Positions 1-13,689 of a stretch of DNA of 64,000 nt are shown piece by piece; within the stretch, counting starts at the first letter, position 1; every line of letters begins with the position of its first letter. This stretch comes from Octopus vulgaris. Taxonomy: Eukaryota. The stretch covers positions 10,478,001 through 10,542,000 of the forward strand of contig OX597837.1 in NCBI GenBank assembly GCA_951406725.2. The letters run 5' to 3'. Under the pieces are notes generated by a model, which searched no databases, was not told the DNA's origin, and saw nothing but the letters and a program-made list of their open reading frames with translations. The position numbers and the translations under genes are program-made.

Positions 1-132
1 ACTCGTGAAACTTGTATCACCATTGATGTTCTGGGCACATCGTCTATTTTTTTTTTTTTTTTTTCAATGTCGGATGAACCCCCACTATTTGTCGTAATAT
101 TAAACCCACAACAACTGAGCTCTTGCTGAGCG

Positions 133-229
133 CTGATTGGTGTCTCGGTTGACCAATGACAATGCGATATCGCTGTTCGGCCGTACAATAATACAAATGC
201 CAGACTTACTAGCGGAAGTGATGACTCAT
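133..229. promoter_or_regulatory. Candidate promoter/enhancer motif cluster (2 CCAAT boxes, ETS, AP-1)
   Basis: CTGATTGG at 133-140, GACCAATGA at 151-159, GCGGAAGTG at 212-220 and ATGACTCAT at 221-229, all in ~100 bp of unique, relatively CpG-rich sequence. Motif matches only; no transcript evidence. Confidence 0.3.
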
Positions 230-471
230 CAGATTAAATAACGACAAAATGAAATGCAATAATTAACAGTGGAAGTCGCATGCGAGAACGAGGCGGGACG
301 GAGTGAAACGAGTTCGTTTTATTTCTTTGGCAATAATTGCATTAAATACAACAAATCGAATGAAATATAGTATGTATGTTATGTATGTATGTATGGAACT
401 TACATACGCACACGAGCATAAGATATATTCACGGACACCTGTATGCATTCGTGTATAATGTAGGTGCGTGT

Positions 472-535
<64 letters not shown>

Positions 536-562
536 AGAGAGACAGATAGATAGATGTGTATG

Positions 563-599
<37 letters not shown>

Positions 600-626
600 A
601 GAGAGACAGATAGATAGATGTGTATG

Positions 627-682
<56 letters not shown>

Positions 683-722
683 CAGACAGAGACAGATAGA
701 CATGAATACATATCTGTATGTG

Positions 723-772
<50 letters not shown>

Positions 773-1202
773 CATACATACATATATATACAAATATGTA
801 CCTATAAATGCAGGTGTGTATATATGTATATATATATATATATATATATTTATATGGAAATGTGTGAGTGCGTGCGCATATATATGCAGTTATACACTTG
901 TACATACATATAAGCATATATATATATATATATCCATACACACATATATACACGCGATTATAGGCATAAAAGACGCAGAAGCCGTTATGTAATCACGAAA
1001 TGAAATGCGCAATAAAGAGCGAAATGAATTGAGGTTAAATAAAAAAGAAAGGAAAAAGCAATTCTTTGGTTTCGAATAGACTTAATAACAGACTACGTCA
1101 TCAATGCATTGTGCGATACACGTCAGCAAAAATGGTGGTTTACATCAGCAACCGTCAAATGAAATGGCCATATCAGGAGAAAATTATTTTATTAAATATT
1201 TT

Positions 1203-1487
1203 GTACTTGTTTTAGTCATTGGATTGCGACCACGCTGGGGCACGAACTTCTAGGGTTTAGTCAAACAAGTCAACCTTAGTATCTTTTCCCTATAACTCCG
1301 TATTTATTCTATCGGGAGTTTTTTTATCTTACCCCAAAACCGCCAAATTAAGGGGTTAACAAACCAACATCGGTTGTATACACGACGAGGTTTCACAAAG
1401 TTTCCGTCTATCAAATTCACTCACAAGGCATCGGTCGACCCGGGGCTATAGCAGGAGCGTCCGCAGAGTAGAAGTGAACCCGAATCC
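1203..1487 (-). mobile_element. SINE family A, degenerate copy
   Basis: Matches family A blocks (tttagtcattggattgcgaccacgctggggcac; tttccgtctatcaaattcactcacaaggc; ggctatag). Confidence 0.7.
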
Positions 1488-2512
1488 AAAAGACTGGGAT
1501 AAAGGCAGGTTGGTCATAAATGGACCGTTTTTGGTTATAGATCAACTGAGATTGACCTGGGGTTTAAACAAACCTATAATAACAAAAAAAAAAACATTTA
1601 AACGAGCCAATGCGGTTGGTCCTGCGTTCAGTTTGGCTACGTAAAGGACAGGGTGGTCACGGTTGGAATGTTTGTCATCATCGGTTTATTTGATCAGGAT
1701 TAACAACAGCAGAAATAATAACCACATTAAATAAGGCTATCCTAGATAAAAATTTAAACTGAGATTTTAAAAAGTCATGGTTGTCACGGTTGTAACGCCG
1801 TTGATCACAGATCTGCCGAATCCGTCCTGAGCAATGACTGAAAGTCAACCACAACAATAAGTTTCGAAGTCAGCGAACTCTCACGAAGTTGATTCGGTAG
1901 TTTCCGGAGACTTATGATCATGGGCGAATTATAACGAAACAGATAAAAAAATATATTGGTTCAACTTTGTTATTCGCAAAGTTCGAAGCAAAACATATTT
2001 CTTCATTCAACGCTGAACGTAATTAAAAGATAAAAGTTAAAATTTTGAGCCCCTAGGTTTGTCTCAGACTTCTGGGATTCATGGCAATAATGGATATCAT
2101 CATCGCAATCATCGTCTGACAATGAGAAGGGTGTCATTGTTATACATTTAGCTGGTGTAGGTTGATTTCAGGTGTGATGGTCATGGCATCCATTACGATT
2201 CTTTGAAAAGGAACATCAGACCTTTAAAAAGGTTTCTGATTTCGGTACAAGGAGCTTGTAGAGTACATCGAGCTTTAGTACTCGATTGTTTCTTCATTTT
2301 ATCGATTTTGAAAGGATGGGAGATTTGAAAGGATGGCAAGGTTTGATTTCGATGTAATTTGAAGTCTCAAGCAGTCGTCGGAAGAAATGCCAGACGACAT
2401 TTTGTCGGCTGCTCAAACGACGCTGCCAATCCACAGTTCTGGACTTCAGATAACATCACAGAAAGCGATGGAGTTTATGATTGGAATGGAGAACTGCTTA
2501 ACATGCCCTCCC

Positions 2513-2547
<35 letters not shown>

Positions 2548-2579
2548 GACACTTACACTCACATACACCTATAATATCG

Positions 2580-2598
2580 ATAGATAGATAGATAGACC

Positions 2599-2652
<54 letters not shown>

Positions 2653-2693
2653 CAGATAGATAGATAGACCGACAGATAGATAGATAGACCGAC

Positions 2694-2779
<86 letters not shown>
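2580..2779. repeat. (GATA)n microsatellite
   Basis: ~200 bp run of GATA with occasional GACA/GACC variants. Confidence 0.95.
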
Positions 2780-3902
2780 GCAGACCAATTGATACCTGAT
2801 TATTTTCCTTGATATTTTGCAGTCGTGCAAACATGCATACATACATTCTCACGTGCACATATACACAAACACATTCATGTACATACATTTATGCACTCTT
2901 AATTTTAACGCTTATAGTTGATGTTTGTTTAACCCTAAGTTCAATCCTAGTCCTGATCAGAGCTGACATATTAGGGTTAGGGTTAAGAACGTTCCAACTC
3001 TGACCATCCCACCGTTCATTCACACACACACACACACACACACACATGGAAATACCTTCAGCCATGGCAGGCCAAGAATCTCTCTACCAGGAACATTCTC
3101 CTCCAAGAAGCTAACCTGGGCAAGGTTTTTTTTTAGGGAACCACCATAAACTTTCTAATGCCTGCACGTCTCCATCCTCCACTCCATGGACCATGGCTAA
3201 CGAGCGGGCAAAGCTCGATATTGATTCGCACCAGTGACGGCGCATGTGTTGTCGTCAGAATGCAAAAGTCCCAGAAGACATCACGAATGCAAGGCACTCC
3301 ACAAATAACTCTTGACGTCTTTCCAAATTGATCCTTTCTATCGACTTCGAAATGATGAAAGCGAGGATTTGAACTCGGAGAGCAGAATATGAATGTATGT
3401 GAATACAGACATACAGATGCACTGCACGTTTTGTTAGAGTGCAGTTATGCACGCGCGGGGGGGGGGGTGAATAGTTGAAAAGTTCTCGGCTTTATGTTGG
3501 TAAGAAGTTCGCTTTGTAATCCTGTGGTTCGTGTTTCAGTCGCAGAGTGCAGCAAGCACCATTGTCTGCTATAGCCCCGGGTCGACCAATGCCTTGTAAC
3601 TGATTTCAAGAAACGGAAACTGTGCGGAAGCTCATATAAATTTTATTGCTACTCTCAGTTTTCACCTGTCGATGCAGCGGGTCTTCAGGCAAATTATGGC
3701 TCGACCGAAATAATCTGTATTCTTAATTTCTTCAGTGATTGTCGAATGTTCCGTTTTCCGACAGTCAAAACCGAAACCCCATTTGTGCGCGCGCTCGAGC
3801 GTTCGTCAGGCACCGCCGCTCGCTGTTGATTTGTTTACGTCAGTATAACTTCACGGTTCGATAGAAGAAACCGACGGAATAAGTACCAAACATGAAAAAA
3901 GG

Positions 3903-4074
3903 GGCGATCCTTCGGTATAGGTAGCGTAAGTACCGAAAGTGGCTTTGGTGACATTTCTGAAGATAACAGAAACCCTTTTCTCCCACCCCTAACCCTAACC
4001 CCCCATATATAGAAAAAAACAACACTTTGTTGAAATGTATCCGGTGCTTCCGGTACCTATACCGAAGTTACGCC
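3903..4074 (+). mobile_element. MITE family M1 (Merlin/Mutator-like), copy 1
   Basis: Termini ggcgatccttcggtataggta ... tacctataccgaagttacgcc are inverted repeats. Body is shared with 36955-37101 and 38829-39008. TSD is obscured by A-runs. Confidence 0.8.
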
Positions 4075-4395
4075 AAAAAAAAATAAAAAAGGATACAACG
4101 TAAGTGCTGATGTCAATTTGATCGAACACAAGACAAAGCAGTGCTGCAGTATGGCCGCAACAAGTAAAAACATTAACAAAAGATTGTGAGTGCGTATGTA
4201 TACACGTGCGTGCGTGCGGTTGTGTGTGTGTGTGTGTTTGTAGTCACAATGCTTTTGACAACCTTCCTTACTGCATAAAAGCTCCCTCTGGTGGTGTCGT
4301 CAATCAGCATTCATTCTCTACCAGGGTAGGTTCCCGGTTATTTTGGATCGCACTCTTAACGCAGACGACACACACATACGCTCTCCGCCGCCGCC

Positions 4396-4437
<42 letters not shown>

Positions 4438-4611
4438 CATATTCAACCACCGCACCAAACAGGCTGCAGTTGTAACCACTTCGCCTATGCAGCAACTAGT
4501 TTCAACTATTCTCTGGTTGTTATTTGTTCTTCGCTTCTCCGCTTTGGTCTTTCACTCACATGCAATCTGAACATATCCACGACGCTAGCTTTTGCTGCTT
4601 TTCCTCTGCAG

Positions 4612-4663
4612 TTAGCGAATCACACTGCTCCGCTTCTTGCTATCCAAGTCCTATACCGAGCAG
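4612..4663 (+). other. Candidate spliced exon (52 nt), or the 3' end of a longer first exon
   Basis: Pyrimidine-rich acceptor gcttttgctgcttttcctctgcag ends at 4611; donor CAG|GTAGGT at 4663/4664; unique non-repeat sequence. No homology recognised. Confidence 0.25.
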
Positions 4664-4812
4664 GTAGGTAACTGCAGATGTATGGAAGGACAACAATAAA
4701 CGCTAAACAGAGAAAAACCAACGCCATAGATGGACATCCTTATGCTATCCTTTAATTTGCAATATGCAAATTTTATTACAGCATACACACTAACCATCTC
4801 TCTCTTTCTCTA

Positions 4813-4847
<35 letters not shown>

Positions 4848-4848
4848 C

Positions 4849-5241
4849 TCTTTTACTTGTTTCAGTCATTTGACTGTGGCCATACTGGAGCACCGCCTTT
4901 TAGTCGACCAAATCACCCCCCAGGAATTATTCTTTGTAAACCTAGTACTTATTTTATCGGTCTTTTTGCCGAACCGCTAAGTTACGGGGACGTAAACACA
5001 CCACCATCGGTTGTCAAGCGATGTTGGTGGGGACAAATACAGACATACAAACATACACACATATATATATATACATATATACGACGGGCTTCTTTCAGTT
5101 TCCATCTACCAAATCTACTCACAAGTCTTTGGTCGGCCCCAGGCTATAGTAGAAGAAACTTGCCAAAGGTGCTACAAAGTGGGAATGAACCTGGAACCAT
5201 GTTGTTGGTAAGCAAGCTACTTACCACACACCCACTCCTGC

Positions 5242-5295
<54 letters not shown>

Positions 5296-6050
5296 TTTTT
5301 CCTGTTTCAGTCATTTGACTGCGGCCATGTAGGAGCACCACATTAAGTCGAACAAATTGACCCCAGGACTTATTCTTTGTAAGCTTAGTACTTATTCTAT
5401 CGGTGTCTTTTGTCGATCCGTTAAATTACGGGGACGTAAACACACCAACATCGGTTGTCAAGCGATGGTGGACACACACATACACGCATATATTCCACGG
5501 GCTTCCTTCAGTCTCCGTCCGTCAAATCCACTCACGAGGCTATAGTAGAAGAGACTTGTCCAAGGTTCCACGCAGTGGAACTGAACCAGGAAACATGTGG
5601 TTGGGAAACAATCTTCTTACCACACGGCTACTCCTGCGCCATATATAATCTTTTTCGTTTGTATTTTAGATGTTTCAGTCATTAGATTGCGGCCATGCTG
5701 GGGCACCGACTTGAAGAATGTTTCGTCGAATAGATTGATCCCAGTACCTATTTTTTTCTTTTTATAGCTTGGTACTTATTCTATCAGTCTCTTCTGCTGA
5801 ATCGCTAAGTTATAGGGGTGTAAGCAAACCAACACCGGTTGTCAAGCGGTGATGGCGGTGGGAACACTTACACTAAGACACACACACATACTCGACGGAC
5901 TTCAGTAGTTTCTGCCTACCAATTACAGTGACGAAGCACTGGTCGGTCCGAATGTACAGCTGAAGGCACTTGGTCAAGGTGCCGCGGAGTAGAACTGAAC
6001 CCGAAAGAGCAGGGATGCAAAATGAGGTCCTTGACCACACAGCCATGCAC
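4849..6050 (-). mobile_element. Three head-to-tail copies of SINE family A (tRNA-derived, CORE-like; resembles octopus OR-type SINEs): ~4849-5241, ~5294-5640, ~5671-6050
   Basis: Minus-strand reading has a tRNA-like head (tggctgtgtggtaag; ggttcagt), a CORE-like block ccttgggcaagtgtcttctactatagcc, an internal (TA/TG)n tract and the tail ccagcatggccgcagtcaaatgactgaaacaagtaaaaga. The family name is recalled from the literature, not verified by search. Confidence 0.85.
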
Positions 6051-6055
6051 AAGCA

Positions 6056-6089
<34 letters not shown>

Positions 6090-6242
6090 ATGTTGCAAAG
6101 TTGATATTTCGTATGAGGAACTAGAACAGTCAACCAACGCGTAGAACTCTAAGTACCAATCACATACCAATTCCAGTCAAGAATAAAATGATCTGTTCAC
6201 AGATTTACGTTTGGTATCCATATGCCTTTGAATGAATTAGAG

Positions 6243-6612
6243 CAAAGGTTCTCAACGGGGCCCATTTGGAGCTCGAGGGGTGCGCTTTGGAGCAAAGTGG
6301 GCGCTTTTGTACCAAAGAGCACTCCTTCGATAGACAACACGTTGATCTCATAAGTGTCGTGGTGTGGTCGAAATAAACACGATCATCAAACTTTCAATTA
6401 TTTCATTCATTATTTTTTTTTGCATTTCAATTTGTACAATTTCTACTCCCGACTGCGCACAAGCGTATGAGTAAAGCGACGTCCTTTATTTTTTAATCAC
6501 TATCTGCCGATGTCAAAATAAGTTGTATATTGAAAAATAAAAATATTTTCTAGGGGGTGCCATTTGTGACTCCAAGAGTCGCCTTTTGGCCAAAATGGGT
6601 TTAGAACCTTAG
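6243..6612. mobile_element. hAT-like non-autonomous DNA transposon
   Basis: Termini caaaggttctcaac ... gtttagaaccttag; imperfect 8-bp TSD aattagag (6235-6242) / agttacag (6613-6620). Confidence 0.6.
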
Positions 6613-6719
6613 AGTTACAGTATATAAAAGAGCGCAGAATAAAACAGGAGACTCGGTCAAAAAGATAGATAGATAGATAGATAGATATAGATGACAGACA
6701 GACAGACAGACAGACAGAC

Positions 6720-6777
<58 letters not shown>

Positions 6778-6799
6778 TCAAAAATATTTTTTTTGCAGG

Positions 6800-6907
6800 A
6801 AGGGGCAAGTCGATTATATCGACCCCAGTGCGTAACTGGTACTTAATTTATCGACCCTAAAATGCTGAAAGGCAAAGTCGACCTCGGCGGAATTTGAACT
6901 CAGAACA
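6800..6907 (-). mobile_element. SINE family B fragment
   Basis: aagtcgattatatcgaccccagtgcgtaactggtacttaatttatcgacc...ggcaaagtcgacctcggcggaatttgaactcagaac matches family B. Confidence 0.85.
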
Positions 6908-6933
6908 TAAATATGTATTACAGATAGATAGAT

Positions 6934-6996
<63 letters not shown>

Positions 6997-7162
6997 AACA
7001 GTACTATTATACGGTAGTCAAGGATAAACCATTCGCTGTTAAGTAGATATAACACCACTGCTTCTTTAGTCGCAGTTCAAGTCAAGAGTTACAGATGGCA
7101 TGTCAACTTGAGCACTTGTGTATGCCTACTACATTACGTCATTAGACACAAACCCCCTCTGC

Positions 7163-7209
<47 letters not shown>

Positions 7210-7349
7210 TGTAAACTGTTGCAGTATATACGTATATACGTGGGTTATAGTAGCCGAACTGAGGCTGTTGTGTAAGGCTTCGTAATGCATCTCCGACGTT
7301 CTCATGTCAGATGGAATGTTATGTAATGTATAATGGTACAGATTACACG

Positions 7350-10300
7350 ATAGCAATATTTAAGCTGTACTTGTTCACATCGATTCTAACAGTGTCACAG
7401 AGATCTCAGATGTCACAAAGGGCTTTGGCAGTGATCCACGTAGACTGGATTGTATTCCGCCTATAGAATTAGTTGTATTGCGTAATATACTAGCGGCTGC
7501 GATATAGATTGCAAATTCTAAGGTTTGTGTGCAGTGAGTGACAGAGAACTGTATTACTGTCACATAGGTCGTGGCATTGTGTCACTGTCTGTGCATATGT
7601 AGAGTCATATTGGCCGGTGTGTAACATACTGTCACAGAGTATTTGTGTGTCACATAGACCTTCGTAGCGAGTCGGAGTCTGTTATTTTTTTTTAGAGTCA
7701 CATTGATCGTTGCGTAACGTTGCGTCAGTTTTAAGCCACGTAGACCGATTCCCGATGTGACAGAGTCTGTACTCATTTAGAGTCACACTGGCTAGTGTGA
7801 CTCTAAGTGTCGCACATAGTAACAATGTGCCACGCATGGAGTTTGCAGTGTGTCGCGTAGAGTTAGTAGTCGCAAACTCCAGTGATATCCTTCGTTCATG
7901 TACACTGTAGCATTTTGTTACGTAGACAAGCTTATAAGCCACATAAATTTGAGTATCACATACGCAGAGCCTGTAATAGACACATAGGTTTCTATAGTGT
8001 GTCACAAAGCTTATAGAAGATGTATAAGCTGCTGTAGCAAAATATGTCTCGTAGATTATTGTAAACGCCCCTTACATAGTTAATGAGACTTCATAAATAT
8101 ATAATATAACCATTATGAGCAGTAGTGTACATAAACAAGTATAATAATAACAACAGCAATAATAATGATAACAATAATAATGATAACAACAATAATAATG
8201 ATAAAAATAATAATAATAATGGTTTCAAATTTTTCTATAAGGACAGCAATTTGAGAGAAGGGATGAGTCGATTACATCGACCCTACTGTTCAATAATAGT
8301 AATAATGTTTCTTTAGGTCACAAGGACCAAACACAAAATAGACAGGGGGCACTACAACACAAGGGTTAAATGGAGTTTGGGACAATTTCGTGCATAAAAT
8401 AAATTTAAAGGATCCACCACCACCACCACCAAAAAAAAAAAAAACGAGTTCCTCTGAGGCACAACCGAGGAACTCCATATATCCTGGTCACCTGAACAAC
8501 GAAGGAAAGCTCAAATTGGCACCTGACTCCCCAACTGACCCCTTCAAAGCCTACAATCATGCCTCCTCATTGATATGACTGTCTCAATCGATATAAACGT
8601 ATCTGTCAAGACCTACCAAAAACTGAGCAAAAATAAAGATCTTGAAATTAGCAAAATGTGGAACTATTGTCACAAAGGCAGTAGTTTGGTCACATAGACT
8701 TTATCACTTTGTTACATAGATGGCAGTCTCAGACAGATAGGTAGTAGCAGTGCCTGTATAGCTTATTGTATTGTCACAGACTTTAATAGCAACATATACA
8801 GTACAGTAGTAACATAGTAAACGAGCGATTGTAATAGTCAGGCATTGACACCAGTAGTGGAGTGGGTTACCATAACAGTTACATAGCATGAGTTAGTGTA
8901 TTTTATAAACTATTCTAATCACAAAAAATTTGAGTATTAGGGATTTAAATTTTTGTAATGTAACATATAAAACTACTGCAGTGTGTTACACGTACTGTGG
9001 TAATAACCACAAGGTACAATACATACATAGGCTTTGTGTTACAAAAACAACGCCATTGTGCTAAAGTGTTTCAAACAGTGTAATAAGTTTTGTCACATCT
9101 TGTGTCATACAAGGTAGTGGCCTGTCACACAGACTGTAACAATTACTTAGTCTGTAAGTTACAATGGCTATTGTTGTGTTACAGTCTGTAGCAGAGACAC
9201 AAACGTTAGTAGTGACACAGATTATAGTACTGTGTCAATTAGACGAGTAATCGTAGATTGTAAGTCACAGTGACCATCATAGTGCTATATAGTTTGTACC
9301 AGTGTCACAAGCCTTGGTAGTAACATAGTATTATAGTCTAAGTGGCACGCTTCAGGACTAACAGACAAGTGTAGTATGACAGATTATAGTAGTGTATCAA
9401 GGAGATTGTGAGAATGGCATAAGAGATGCAGTGTTACACAATTTGTGACAGTGTCATAAATGTTAGCAGTAACAGTCCAATGCACTGTCACAGACTAAAC
9501 GTATATCAGACTGTTGTAGAACGTTACATCGGCTGAAATAATTCTGCACATGCAATGGTGGTAGTGTACCATATTGGCTGTAGTTGTGTCACACAGACTA
9601 CAGTTACATAAAACACAGACTACTGTAATGTTACACTGAGACTATTGTGGTGTATCACGTGCCATATACAGTGAGTCACATTCATTGTAGTATTGACATG
9701 TGCAATTCTATAGTCTGTGTCACAGACTATAGTTACAAGTTGTATTGTGACATCAGAGACTTTAGAAATATCTTTCATACTATGCTGTAGTGTTTACACG
9801 AATTTCAGTAGTGATACATCCATATTTCATGTGACATACCGTGTTACACTACAATAATATGTTACTATATATACAGTGTATATAACTACCTGGATACTAT
9901 ATGATAGCAAGACACTATTTCTACCTATATACCACACCATTATTAGTAATGTAATTAATACATGTGCCAAAACCTGTGACACAGTTCTACAACCTTTATG
10001 ACACACTACTTGTCCATGTTACATATTTGTACAACCTTTGTACCTTGATACTACATTCTAGCTCATTACCTGTAGTTGTGTTACAATACTATTTTAAATA
10101 CATACTGTATGTGTATCTGTGTCACAGACTATATAATAGTGCCTCATAGAAATTTAATAGCTGCAGATTGGGGCAGTGTGCCATATTCTGTAATCAGTCC
10201 ACACTATAGTTTTGCAATGTCACACTATAGCAGTAAATATAAATGTGCTACATAGAATCTAGCTATTTATGTGTCATATATAGAGAGTAACAAGAGCATG

Positions 10301-11910
10301 GAGCATTGTAGTGTCCTCTCATTGACTGATAGTGAGTTACAGACCATAGTATTATTTCACATAGTCTTGTAGTGATGTGTCACAGAACAGAATGTCACAA
10401 ATTGTAATGTATCACATAGAATGATACTCAGTCAAATGCACCTTGGACTTCAGCAGTATGTCACATAGAGCACAGTCTGTGATACACATGTGTGTCAAAT
10501 AGACTGTGGAAACGTGGTGCAGACTGTAGCAGTAAGTGTAATAGTATTTCAGTCTATAGCAATGTCACAAAAGCTTGTATTTTTGTCACATAAAACAGTA
10601 CGTGTGTCAGAAACTCTGTTATGCTACGTATATTGCTGTAGAATATAACAGACAGTAGTAACATGACAAATTCTTCCAGTGTATATAACACACAATGAAG
10701 CGTGACATATAAAATAGTCGTGTGTCACACAGAATCAACTAGGGTGTCACAAACTAGTTGTGTCATGTTTTCAGAGTGTATCACACTAACTGTACTAAGG
10801 AGTGTGTACTAGTGTCATACAAATCTGACAAACCACTAAATTTCATGTGGAATACCTATATCTGTGATACACTGCTGGGGTCTGCATTACCATAGTGTGA
10901 CAAACACTCCACATAACTACAGTCTTTTTAATGCTCCCATAGTGTGTCACTACTATAACTCATATGAAACATTGCAAGAGTCTGTGATGTTACAACAGGC
11001 TGTAACACACAACTACAGACTACATAACACTGCCACATCCTGAGATGCGACTACAGTTTATGTGACATACTAATGGAATCTGCTACATTAGAAGCTGTGA
11101 CATACTACCAATCTTTTATCACTATCACTGTTTCTGATTCTACCACTATATATGGGACACAATGCTGGAGTTTGTAACATTATTACAAACTGCAACATAC
11201 GACAGTCTATGTAGCACATGCGCAGTCTTTGTAACCTACTACATTCCCTGACACTTCTATACTCTATGTGACAAACTGCCAGAGTATGTGACAATACAGG
11301 CTGTGACATACAGCAACAGTGACGTACTACAACCGTTGAAATCTGTGACACACTACTAGTCTAATTGGCACGACTATAGTCTTTGTAACGCTGCCAGAAT
11401 GTAACACTACTACAGTGCATGTGATACAGCGCTGCAGTCTGTGACACTACAGGTTGTGACATTACAAGACACTGCGACACACTACTACAGTCAACATAGC
11501 ACAACTAGGGTCTTGGTAAAGCAATCTCAGTCTGTAACACTCCATCAGTTCGTGACATATCTAGTCTGTATGATACACTACAAACGTGTCGTTATAGTAG
11601 TAGATTACAAAATGTAGCAGTCACAGGTTGTAAGTGTAACATTTAGACTATCGTGTGTCATAACCTGCCGTCTTCTATTTCACACTGCTATGGTGTGTCA
11701 CAGCTTGTTGCGTCACGAATGAATAGCAGTTGTCAAATACTGCTGTAACCATACAGAATGTGACACACAGTCTGTACTAGTTAGTTTAAGTCTCCCATTG
11801 ACTGTATACTAGTGTTTCGCGGAGACTACTGTAGCGTGTTACATTGAATGTGTAATGTATGTTAGTGTCATAGAGACCCTTGTAATGAGTCAGACACGCT
11901 GGTAGCGTGA
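7350..11910. repeat. Degenerate ~20-bp minisatellite field with alternating orientation
   Basis: Dense recurrence of gtgtcacacagactgtagtag-like units and, in blocks, their reverse complement ctacagtctgtgtgacac; interrupted at ~8100-8670. Confidence 0.75.
8560..8664 (+). pseudogene. Fragment of a restriction-like endonuclease (RLE) domain from an R4/Dong-type non-LTR retrotransposon
   Basis: Translates to CLLIDMTVSIDINVSVKTYQKLSKNKDLEISKMWN, fitting the IDxxxP...KxxKYxDL...W pattern of RLE-clade LINE C-termini. No start codon or full ORF. Confidence 0.6.
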
Positions 11911-13689
11911 TACACATGAACTGTACGAAACGCAATTTGCACAACACACACACACACACAAATGCGTGTGTATGTGTGTGTGTGTGTGTATATATGTATA
12001 TATATTTATTGCTTTGTGTTATGTGTGTTCCTAATACATGGATTTATAGAAACAGCAAAAATATGTATTGCATTTGTGTTAGTAGTAGTAGTAGTAGTAG
12101 GAGGAGGAGGAGGAGATGGTCTGCTGCTATCTGATAATGGTAATGTCTAGGGTTTTGGTTCTGTCTCTTGACATTCTCCCCCACTTCACCCCCCCCCCCA
12201 CTGTCTATCTTATCTACATAATTTATGCAGTGGAAGCTGGAAGTTTCGCCTCGATAAGGGAGGAGGGGTGCCCTCTACGTTGTTGCTCGACCTGCTAGAA
12301 ATAGATCCTGCAACTGTCTTCGAATCATATCCACTAGTTTTAAGTTAAGAAAACGAGATATTTGATGAGATAGACCTTTAAATATGTGAGTGTGAGAGTA
12401 TCCCTAAAAAGACGAGATGGTCACACCTGGAATGTGCCCTTTTGTTAGCCTGCTCGACCAAGAACTAAATGATAAATAATAAACAATGATAAACCAAAAT
12501 TAGAGAGGACGGGTTGTCATGAAACGAGATCGAGTTTGCTAGAAATAGCAGCGAGATGCATTTGAAAATATACGCTCCTTTCTTAAAAGGGGTCACATTA
12601 GATAATGCAATAATGCAATCTGGGAAAACAGTATCCCCGCCGTATGATCATCATTTGACTGCTTCAGTTATGGGTCTTGCTTGATCAGACAGGGTCGGGG
12701 TTAAATGCGAAAAGCGAGATGCGTGCAAGGGACCCTCGCATAGCTTCATCCACGTTCTATAAACTTATCGAAGTGGTTGCTTGCTTGCTTGCTTGCTTGG
12801 CTAGTTGGTTGGTCGATTGGTTGATCCTGATACCTCAATCAACTTCAATACCAGCATGAACACCACCGCATCAACAACGTTTGGTGAGACATGTTAAAAC
12901 GTCAATTTTTGCTGGATGGCTTCTCTAAAATTTTTTTTAATTTTATTCAGTGTTGTTTTCGTCACATAGTCAACCCTTCATCTCCGAAAACCTCAACTGC
13001 CCCTTTACACGACATGCCCCCTGTAAGTATCGAATCCCTCAAAAGAGTTCCATGACCTTAAACATCCTGGTCTAGGAAAAGGGCTACCAATTCTTGTAGA
13101 AAGGGATTCTAGACGTATAAAAGATTTAGAGAAAAAAATGATGAGGAACACAAGAATTATGATATTCAACTCCCATTTCTTACAAATTCCTCATCACCAT
13201 CATTTATACCTATATATATACACACGTATATACATACAAGCATAGATAACTGTATGGCTATGTGTATGTCTGTGTATGTGTGTATTTATATGTATATACA
13301 TACACTCACACATGTATATATTTGAGCGTGTGTGTGTGTGTGATCACCATATCATAACCATGTAACGTCCATGTTCCATTCTAGCATCAGTCGGACTATT
13401 GGCATGTGCATACATATCATTGCCTTCTCTGAAGATCCCTATTTAAGGATGAAACCTTCGGTCACTATGATGCGTTGGCCCTTGCTTCAAAATTTCCCCC
13501 AAAACCTGCTTACTCTACAAAGGTATTGAGTACTCTTTTCTTAGCTATAGTAGTACACAGTACCAGCAAATTCTTTTCTCCCCCTCTCTCTTTCTCTTAC
13601 ACACTCTTTCTCTCTCACTCTTCGCACACACATACACACACACATGCTCCGACTTACAACTGCAAAGACTGGTGAAAATTTTCCTCGTT

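Noticed and set aside
263-370. + frame peptide [18 protein letters not shown] resembling an FN3/Ig C-terminal strand
   Set aside because: Bounded by stops, with a weak acceptor and no convincing donor; too short to distinguish from chance. A TBLASTN hit to a cephalopod transcript would revive it.
2930-2986. TTAGGG telomere-like hexamers
   Set aside because: Only two tandem units plus one inverted; not an array.
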